From Lama glama (Eukaryota), in contig CM052816.1 in the NCBI GenBank assembly GCA_028534125.1, forward strand, positions 40,550,001 to 40,614,000: DNA of 64,000 nt. Direction: 5' to 3'. Below, one piece after another: positions 54,321 to 64,000 of this stretch (position 1 is its first letter; the number at the start of each line of letters is the position of its first letter). Made by a program: the position numbers and the translations under genes. Under the pieces are notes generated by a model. It was given only the letters and a program-made list of their open reading frames with translations, did not search any database and was not told the DNA's origin.

Positions 54321-54627
54321 TATAATTTGTATTGTTACGAATATAATAATTATTTTTCTGAAGGCAAAATTATATCCCTTTATAAAGAATATAATTATAT
54401 TCTTTTAAGAAAATTATATATTCTTTTATAAAGAATGTGTGACTTTGAGTGAATAAAAGGAATCCCACATACATACTCTCAGTGAGTCTGATGCAAGTAA
54501 TCACAGAAAATCATGCTGAATAACATTTATAGATCCCTCAATAATTTTTGGAAGATTATTTTTGAATGTTTAAATTTCCTGCAATGGAGAGGAACAATAA
54601 CTCTGGGAAGAATTAGTTAAAAGGTAC

Positions 54628-54700
54628 TAAAGAAGAAGAAGAGGAGGGAGGAGAAGGAGCAGGAGAGGAGGAGGAGGAAAGGGAGGAAGAGGAAGAAGAA
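54628..54700. repeat. GA-rich low complexity (GAA/GAG)
   Basis: Directly visible. Confidence 0.93.
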
Positions 54701-55014
54701 TAACAACATTTCTATTTTTTTAAAACAAGAGGATTATATTTTAATCTAAAAGTGATTGAAGAAATATGTTTGTCCTTTAGTAGGTTCAAATTGAAGGGCT
54801 AAACCAAAACATAAACTGCATTATCGTTAGTTCAGAAATGCCAAACCCAGTTAAGGTAACAAAAACCCTGGAACGATATTGATTTAGACCCTACAATTTA
54901 ATTTAAAGATAAGGAGAGTAGAAAAAAAGAGCTGAAAAATAGGATAAACCAGAGAAATTGTAATTTGGCCATTATTTGTCCTTACTGAATTTAGAACTAT
55001 AGAACATTAAAGTC

Positions 55015-55161
55015 TATATATGTATGTTTGTGTGTGTGTGTATACATACGATTGTGTGTGTATATGTGTGTGTATGTGTGTGTATATACATATGTTTGTG
55101 TGTGTGTATATGTGTATGTGTGTGTGTATATATATATGTGTGTGTGTATGTGTGTGTGTAT
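55015..55161. repeat. Imperfect (TG)n/(TA)n microsatellite
   Basis: Directly visible. Confidence 0.95.
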
Positions 55162-56041
55162 AAAATACCAAAACACACGATTTTTTTTTGGTTTAAATTG
55201 TATGTATGTATGGTGAATGTAAGCATGCAACCAACCCACATATGTAGGGCACACAGTATATGTCATTTTATACCCTTTTTGCTAAATTAGTTTACAGTTT
55301 AGGAGAGAAAATATTTTTGGTTTACAAAATTCCTTTTCTCTAATGTTAAAAGTAACTTTTAATAAAAGGATTATAAATAGTAATTTAAAATCATATCTGG
55401 TTATCTTCATCAACCCTCTTTGAGTCAATACTTGAAAGTTAAAAATCCTATATAGAAAACTGTCCACTCATAGAGCTCTTCAAAAGTACTGTTTGTCAGA
55501 TTAATGTAAAATTTACCAGACAAATCAAAGCCCTTGTATATCAATATTGTTTTGTTTCTCTAGTAACCATAATTATTTTCAACTGAGTAAAGAAAGGTGG
55601 TTTAAGGTACATTTAACATGTGCATTAGTCATTCAGGGCGTAAATAATTTATGAACACTCATGTGCCAATGCCTTTGATAGAGATGCACAGTAATTCACA
55701 ACCATCAGAAAACCAAATTCTAGTAAATGCAATAGATTAACAACGTAGAATTGTACAACCATACGACAGGATCTTTTGATATAGGTACAGAGAATTGTGG
55801 GAGCAAACAGGGCAGCACCTAACTCAGTCTGGGAAGTCAGAGGGGGTTTAATTCAAAAAAGGCATCTGAAAGAATGTGGCTTTAACTGAATCTGGGAAGA
55901 AAAATTTACAAGACAAAGAATGTTTCATGAAAAGAAAACAATGTGAAGCTACAAGAGTGAGGGGAAGCAAACATTTAGGGAAAAAGAAGCAGTTAGGAAG
56001 ACTAATGTCCAGAGGGCACAAGATTGAATAAAATGTGTTAA

Positions 56042-57687
56042 GTCTGGTAAATCAGATTGTTTCCTCAATTTCTTTTTCTGATATTTCACTGTTAGTGTGT
56101 AGGCATGCAACTGATTTCTGTATGTTAATTTTGTACCCTGCAACTTCACCAAATTCATTGATGAGCTGTAGAAGTTTTCTGGTAGTGTCTTTAGGATTTT
56201 CCATGTACAGTATCTTATCATCTGCAAACAGTGACAGTTTTACTTCTTCTTTTTCAATTTGGATTCATTTTATTTCTTTTTCTTCTCGGATTGGTGTCGC
56301 CATGACTTCCAAAACTATGTTGAATAAAAAGCAGCAAGAGTGGGCATCTTTGTCTTGTTCCTGATCTTAGGGGAAATGCTTTCGTTATTTCACCATTGAG
56401 AATGATGTTAGCTGTGGGTTTGTCATATGTGGCCTTTATTATGTTGAGATATGTTCCATCTATGCCCACTTTCTGGAGTATTTTTTTTTATCATAAATGA
56501 ATGTTGAATTTTATCAAAAGCTTTTTCTGCATCTATTGATATGATCGTATGGTTTTTATTCTTCAGTTTTTTAATGTGGTGTTTCACATTGATTGATTTG
56601 CAGATATTGAAAAATCCTTGCATCCAAGGGATAAATCCCTCTTAATCAAGATGTATGATTCTTCTAATGTATTGTTTGGGTCAATTTGCTAGTATTTTGT
56701 TGAGGGTTTTTGCATCAATATTCATAAGTGATATTGGCCTGTAATTTTCTTATTTTGTCGTATCTTTATCTGGTTTTGGTATCAGGGTGATGGTGACCTC
56801 ACAGAATGAGTTTGGAGTTGTTCCTTCCTCTGCAGTGTTTTGGAATAGTTTCAGAAGGATAAGTGTTAACTTTTTTCTAAATATTTGGTCCTGGACTTTT
56901 GTTTGTTGGGAGTTTTTAAAATTACTGATTCAGTTTCAGTGCTGATAATTGTTCTATTCAAATTTTCTATTTCTTCCTGGTTCAGTCTTGACAAATTGTA
57001 TCTTTCTAAGAAATTGTCCATATCTTCTAAGTTGTCCTTTCTATTAGTATATAGTTGCTCATAGTAGCCTCAATGATCCCTTGTATTTATGTGGTGTCGA
57101 CTGTAAGTTCTTTTTCATTTCTAATTTTATTATTTTGGGCTCTCTCTGTCTTTTTTCTTGATTAGTCTGGCTAAAGGTTTATTGATTTTGTTTATCTTTT
57201 TCAAAGAACCAGCCTTTAGTTTCATTAATCTTTTCTTCTTTTTAGTCTCTATTTCATTTTTTTTCTGTTCTCATCTTTCCTTCTACTAACTTTGGGTTTT
57301 GTTTGTTCTTCTTTCTCTAGTTAAGGTGTAAGTTTAGGTTGTTTATTTGAGATTTTTCTCATTTCCTGAGGTAAGCTTATATTGTACCCTCTTAGAACTG
57401 CTTTTGCTATGTCCCAGAGGTTTTGGATTATCGTGTTTTTATTTTCATCTGTTGCTAAGTATTTTTTTACTTCCTTTTTAATGTCTCAGTGACCCATTAT
57501 TTGTTTAGTAGCTTATTGTTTAGCCACCACATGTTTGTGGTTTTTGCAGGGTTTTTTTTTTTCCTTATAGTTGATTTCTAATCTCATAGTGTTGTGGTCA
57601 GAAAAGATACTTGATATGATTTCAGTTTTTCTTAAATTTACTGAGGCTTGCTTTGTGGGCCAGCATGCGATCTGTCCTGGAGAATGT
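56042..57687 (-). mobile_element. L1 ORF2 (EN end to RT), inverted segment of a twin-primed insertion
   Basis: Minus ORFs [12 protein letters not shown]...[14 protein letters not shown] and [11 protein letters not shown] are L1 RT motifs. Confidence 0.92.
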
Positions 57688-58758
57688 GATCAATTCCATT
57701 TACTGTCATATCAGAAAGAAGGAAATACCTAGAAATAAACCCACCTAAGGAAGCAAAGGTCTGTACTCCAAAAACTGTAAGACACTGAAGAAAGAAATTG
57801 AAGATGACACAAACAGATGGAAAGATATACTGTGTTCTTGGATTGGAAGATTCAATACTGCAACAATATTCATTGTTAAAATGGCCATACTACCCAAGGC
57901 AATGTACAGATTCAGTGCAATACCTGTCAAATTACCAATGACATTTTTCACAGAACTGGAACAAAAAAATGTTAGAATATGTATGGAAACACAAAAGACC
58001 CTGAATAACCAAAACAATGTTGAGAAAAAATGAATGGAGCTGGAAGAATCATGCACCCTGACTTTAGAGTGTACCACAAAACTACAGTAATAAAAACAGT
58101 GTGGCATTGGTACAAAAAACAGATACATAGATCAATGGAATAGGATAGAAATTCCAGAAATAAACCACACACTTATGGTCAGTTAATCTATGACAAAGGA
58201 GGCAAGACTATACAATGGAAAAAAGACAGTCTCTTCAGCAAGTGGTGCTGAGAAAACTGGACAGCTACATGTAAAAGAATGAAATTAGAACATTCTCTCA
58301 CATCATATACAAAAATAAACTCAAAATGGATTAAAGACCTAAATGTAAGACCAGATACTATCAAACTCCCAGAGGAAAACGTAGGCAGAACACTCTTTGA
58401 CATAAATAATAGCAATATTTTTTTGAATCAGCTCCTAAAATTATAGCAAAAATAAATCAATGTGACCTAATTAAACTTAAAAACTTTTCCACAGCTAAGG
58501 ATACCATCAACAAAATGAAAAGACAACCTATAGAATAAGAGAAAATATTTGCAAATGATGCAACTGACAAGAGACTAATTTCCAAAATATGCAAGCAGCT
58601 CATACAGTTTAATATAAAAAATAAGCAACTCAATCAAAAAATGGGCAGAAGACCTAAACAGACGTTTCTCCAAAGAAGACATACAGATAGCCAAAAAGCG
58701 CATGAAAAGATGCTCAATTTTGCTAATTATTAGAGAACTGCAAATCAAAACTACAATG
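57688..58758 (+). mobile_element. L1 ORF2 C-terminal segment, non-inverted part, lacking 3'UTR
   Basis: aaatacctagaaataaac..., gaaattgaagatgacacaaacagatggaaaga, gacctaaacagacgtttctccaaagaagac; stops at caaatcaaaactacaatg. Confidence 0.92.
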
Positions 58759-58964
58759 CATTAAAGCTCTTTCGAGTTGTGTTGGGGATATGTACTTGAA
58801 GAGGACAGGACTAGAAAAGCTGACCTTGTAGAAGGTTTCTCTTTGACCTAGTGTAGAAATGATAAGCTGTAATGAAGCAGACTCAATAGAGATGGTAAAA
58901 GTAGATGCAGTTTTGATATAATTAGGGGTGCAGCTAAAAATATTCAAGGGGTAATATATGAGAG

Positions 58965-59404
58965 TATAGTAAGTAGGTTTCTCTCAGAAGCAGACTTTGA
59001 GACAAGCTATTGTTCAGGATGTATATTAAAGATCATGATAGTATTGATACCTTTAGAAAAGGGGAAAGAACTAGCAATGGGCAGAGAGAAAAACTCAGCT
59101 GTGATATAGTCCAAACAGCCTCACTAGACCAGAAGGGGATCCTGAGGCTGACATTCTTGGTCAGAGATGTCTTGGTTTGGGCTACAATGAGTAAGTTTCT
59201 GTTCTTCTTGTACAGTGTCATTAGATGTGGGCCACACTCCCAACAGCATGACTTTGGCTGAGGCAGTTCACTGAAGCCAAGGCAACCTGTGATGAAGGGG
59301 CCAACAGCCAAAGACTGTTTGTTGACAGCCTTCCTTAGTACTTAGGAGATAAGACAATCTTTGCAGGGAGATTTGAGAGATGGAACTTCTCTGAGTCCAT
59401 CCCA
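58965..59404 (-). mobile_element. ERVL solo LTR (LTR16-like)
   Basis: cagaagcagactttgagac...gggcagagagaaaaactcagctgtgat...gtcattagatgtgggcca matches recalled LTR16. Confidence 0.7.
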
Positions 59405-61689
59405 GTGGACATAAGGGAGGAAGAGCACCCAAGATTGAGTCCAGAATTTACAGTTTGAGGAAGGGACTTTGGAGTGATTCAATGAAAGAGATTTACAGAG
59501 AGAATGACTGTGTTGGTAGGGAATTACATCTGTCTCAGAGGACTATTTCATATCTACTGAATTTGACTGAATATTTTTAGGTAAAACTATTACAATATTT
59601 GTAACACCATCATCACGGGCCACATCTCTGCATAGGTTACTTTAATTTTGTTAAATAAAGCTCAGTTGTCAGACAGTATAAATACGTGTATTTAGTAATA
59701 CATGGTCAAGGAAAGTGACTAAAACTGAAAAGCATCTCATTTACTGGAAAAACGAAGCTAAATACATGCTCTATCTTGGAAGGGGTCAATAACACCTTCC
59801 TCATTAAAAAAATAACAGATTAGTTAGTTTCCATAAACAGTTTCATTATAGGAAGTCTTCCAAATAGATGTTAATCTAAAAATACAAAATAATAAAAAAG
59901 TCCTGTATTAAAAAATTAAATAAAATGAAATTACTTCAAGTTTTTTTTTCCCCTTGAAAATAGCTGTAGTTCATTGCGAGGTTTTAATACTATGGCTACT
60001 TAAACTATTATCAGGAGCTCCATGAAAAAAGTGACCATTTTTTAGTGCTTTGCCATGACATTTCATGGGATTTGGCATGATACCTTATAATAACTTCATT
60101 TTCCTCACAAGAAAAAAAAATGAGGCTACTGCACAGTAAGAATTTGCAGTTAATCTTGCAAGAACTCAGTAGCTTGGCATTTATTGCCCATCGCTTCCTT
60201 TTGATTTAGCAGGTCTGCCCTTCAATATTTCTCTTCTCCAAATACTTGCCCAACTCTGTTTTTAAAACAGCTTATACTGGTGGCACGTTTTACAGCCTGT
60301 GACAGTTTGTGGCATATGTTATTGTGTCAGAAGGGTCCTACTCTAGTATATTTAGAGAAACTTATGGACATTTTTGGTAAAACTCAATTATTCTAAGGGT
60401 CTGTATCATCAAGAAGGAAAGACACGGTACCATCTAGTGTTATTTCGTGAGAGGAGTTTTTTCTTTAAATGTTGATATATATTTCACTTTCGGTTTGAAA
60501 GAAAACAATACCTGGAAATGGACTTGTTGAGATTTTTGGTTTTAATTTTGGAACTTGTTCGAAGTATGAATGCTAAAGTAGGAAGACATACATTATAAGA
60601 GTAAAATGCCCAATCATTTTTATCATAGGCTTGAATTTAAACTTTTATAATAGAGTTTAAGTCCACTATGTATTGAACTAAAACTTATTTTTGAGAGTTG
60701 CTGTTTTCTATCTGAATATCCATGTTTCTTTCATATTTCTAAATATCCACTGAAGTTTTGATGTTTTTACTAACAGCAGATGACTCATAACTGTTCATGA
60801 TTTTCCATTAAATTCTACTGAAATTGTACTAGTAATAGAAGTTGTTTTGATTTAAATGAAATAGTCCTAATACTTCAGAATTTCAAATAGGCCATGATTA
60901 AAAGATAGCAGTGGTCCCAAGGTCTTATCACCAAAAAGCAGTCTTTGAGCTATTGAGAGTCACCTGTAGATATATATCAAGAAAATTTTCTGTCTCATAA
61001 TTCAATTTATGTGTTCTAAAATAATGTGTTTCTTTATAAATATAAAACTTACACATAAAACTATAGTGGAAAGAGTACCCTTTACAGCTATGCAGTGGCT
61101 GTTCCTCAGTACAAAGTATATTAGGTTTGTTTGTTTTGTAATGGCAAATGTTAGTTATGGAATTACATACAGCAGGATTAATTTATATCTTGTTTTTTTT
61201 TAATTTGGTGATAGATAGCTTAGTAACGACTTATACTTAAAGTGTCCCAAAAAGAGTTTAAAATATGAATGGACCTTATTTAAGATGACTAGAACAGATG
61301 GGGAGTATTGCTTTGTTCTATAATTATGATTATGATTATTTATTCTGTCATTATGTCTGCATAATCTTCTTATTTCCATGTGATTTTTATGCTATTTGGT
61401 TTCATCAGTATGGAAACTGAAGAAAACAACACAGATAATAGTATGAAATGAAATGTAATTCATTTTGTTGTTCCATTTCTTAGGACCCATGGTATTCCTA
61501 GTTGATTGTGTGGAAATCCCTTAGCCCTAAACTAAAAAGTCTATGAATAGTAAGAGCTTCCGCCAGACAGCAGATACACAACCATGGTTTATGTGCTGTA
61601 TTTCCTCCTGTTGAACAATGAGGTCACTACCTGCCATTAACTGTAAGGTATAAGTGGCCAAATGTAACCTTACAGTATTATATATTGAG

Positions 61690-62065
61690 TGAGCTAAGCA
61701 TTAGAGATACATTATCTCATTTTTATAAAAAATATAAAGCAGTCATTATTGTGTCTTATATATGTGATGAGGAAGTTGAAACTTATGAAACTTAAGTGAA
61801 AGTCAGAATTGTTTTTCGAATTTTGTCCTGCTTTAATCCAATTAAAGGGCAGAGCATAAGATGTAAAATATTGCATTCAGGTGTATTGGCCCCATTCTCA
61901 CAAACTAGACAATTTGATAAAATCTCTTATTGTTGTTTCCTTATCTGTAAAATGTTTAGTATAAAATCTCCTCACCAGAGTTCCTATCACTTCAGAAGTA
62001 CAAAAACATTTGAGTTATGTCTTCCTACTATGTTCCATAGTTTCTCAAATACATGCAGTAATACT
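61690..62065. mobile_element. Two MIR fragments in opposite orientation
   Basis: gatgaggaagttgaaactta (antisense core) and gtttccttatctgtaaaatg (sense core). Confidence 0.55.
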
Positions 62066-62083
62066 TGGTTTAGATTGTGATCC

Positions 62084-62291
62084 AAGATAGTAGTAGGGGA
62101 ATAAGGTACAAACTATTATGTATAAAATAAATAAGCTATGAGGATGTATTGTACAACATGGGAAATATAGATAATATTTTATAATAACTATATATGGAAT
62201 ATAAACTTTAAAAATTATGAATCACTATATTGTACACCTGTAACTTGTATAATACTGTATATCAACTATACTTCAATAAAAGTTTAAAAAA
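62084..62291 (+). mobile_element. L1MA/artiodactyl L1 3' terminus
   Basis: TSD attgtgatcc (62074-62083 / 62292-62301); ...atcaactatacttcaataaa + A tail. Confidence 0.85.
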
Positions 62292-62444
62292 ATTGTGATC
62301 CTTTTAACAAACATAATTTAACAGTTTATGCATTTCAAACTATATGATGGGATAGGGCAAAAAATAAATCTTATGTCTAATCATCAAAAAAATCCTATTA
62401 AGTTAGCAGTCAAGTATTTAAAAAATGTGATTAAAAATGATAAA

Positions 62445-63490
62445 AAAAAAGACATATGTGATACAGGACTGTTATCTAAAATATAAAATGTGAACTCTTA
62501 AAACTCAATGAGAAAATAAACAACCCACTTAAAAATGTGCCAGACACCTCACCAATGAAGGTAGATAGCAAAAAAGCATATGAAAAAATGCTTCACATCA
62601 AACATCAGGGAGATATAAATGAAAGCAACAGTAAGATACTACTACACACCTATTAGTACGGCACAACTTCAGAACACTGACAACATGAAATGCTGGCAAC
62701 AATGTGGAGCAACAGAGCTCTTATTCATCACTGGTGGGAATGCAAAATGATTCGGCCACTTTGAAAGACAGTTTGGAGGTTTCTTACAAAAGTAAATGTA
62801 CTTTAAGTATACAACAGTTGCACCCCTTGGTATTTGCCCAAAAGAGTTGAAAACTTATGTTCACATAAAAACCTGCACATGAATATTTATAGCAGCTTTA
62901 TTCATAACTGTCAAAATTTGGAAGCAGCCAAGATGTCCTTCAGTAGATGAACAGATAAATAAACTATGACACATCCAAACAATGGAATATTATGCAACAC
63001 TAAAAAGAACTGAGCTATCAAGCTATGAAAACACATGAAGGAAACAAATTCATATTACTAAGTAAAGGGAGCCTATCTGAAAAGGCTCCAACAGCATGAC
63101 ATTCTGGAAAAGGCAAAATTATAGTGTCAGTTAAAAATCAGTGTTTGCCAGGGGTTGTGAGAAGAAGAGGCCAAATATACACAGCACAGAGGATTTTCAG
63201 GGCATTGAAATTACTATGTATATTACAATAATAATGCATATGTGTCACTATACATTTGTCCAAACCCATAGGATGTAAAATACCAAGAGTGACTCTAATG
63301 TAAACTGTGCATTTTGAGTGATTCTGATTTGTCAGTGTAGGTTCATCAATTGTAACAAATGTACCACTCTGGAGGAGGATGTTGATGGAGAAGCCTATGC
63401 ATGTGTGAGAGCAGGAGATGTATGTACCTTCCCCTCAATTTTTCTTTGAATCTAAAACTGATCTCAGAAAATGTCTTAACTAAAAAAAAT
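62445..63490 (+). mobile_element. L1MC-type 3' portion
   Basis: Same subfamily motifs as 17310-19040 (gacattctggaaaaggcaaaat, gtaggttcatcaattgtaacaa). Confidence 0.85.
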
Positions 63491-64000
63491 AGAGTTCACA
63501 TGAGTACATGGGATAGTTTTTTTTTAAGGTGAATAGATAAAACGAAGATAATTTTAGACACTGAGAAGTGGCATGAAGATTATAATAGGTTAAGTCAAGG
63601 AAAACATCTGTGAGGAGAGAACACCTGAGGTAAAACATGAAGACCAAAGAGAATCCAGCCATACGACTATTGAGGAAGTATCCCTGCAGGCTGGGAAATG
63701 AGGAATTGTAAAGATCCTAGGTGGAATGAGCAGAAATAAGGATTGATGTGCAAAGTGGGAATTCAGGGAGAATCAAGAACAGCATCATAGAGGAGAGAAT
63801 ACTTAAACAAGATCTTTAAGAAGTTCCCTTAAAGAAGGGGTGTGTCCTTCACTTTTGGAAGAACTGTTGCAAACTCATGTGGGTACCTGAAATATTCTGG
63901 GGCAGGAAGCAGACAACAACAGAGAAATATCATTATGTATAAGGGAACTAGAAGGAAAACCGGGCTGCAGAGTGAAATACTGCAAATTCTAGAAATAAGC

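Noticed and set aside
54365..54436. Short imperfect tandem duplication (aattatat...tttataaagaat)
   Set aside because: Ordinary slippage in AT-rich DNA.
54997..55290. HT/VC-rich ORFs (also 5277-5574, 25463-25700, 40035-40259)
   Set aside because: Translations of microsatellites.

Overview
AT-rich, CpG-depleted mammalian non-coding DNA (intronic or intergenic). It is very probably camelid, because two tRNA-derived SINEs of the camelid Vic-1 type and artiodactyl-type L1 ends are present. I can support no intact protein-coding exon or RNA gene; the supplied ORFs are chance ORFs or fragments of L1, Tigger or microsatellites. Much of the window is interspersed repeat (L1 of several ages, L2, L3/CR1, MIR, ERV1/ERVL/MaLR solo LTRs, Tigger2, hAT elements). 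The main finding is a complete fossil Mutator-like (MULE) DNA transposon at 22054-24029, which the ORF track misses. It has a perfect 9-bp target-site duplication, inverted ends built from 31-bp repeats, and a decayed FLYWCH-like + MULE DDE transposase that looks distinct from Ricksha. Other points of interest: an old ~1.3-kb duplication 44.4 kb apart, a ~370-bp L1 made of a 5' end fused to a 3' end, and a twin-primed L1 that lacks its 3' end. Repeat family names are from recall of consensus sequences, not database searches, and many boundaries are approximate.
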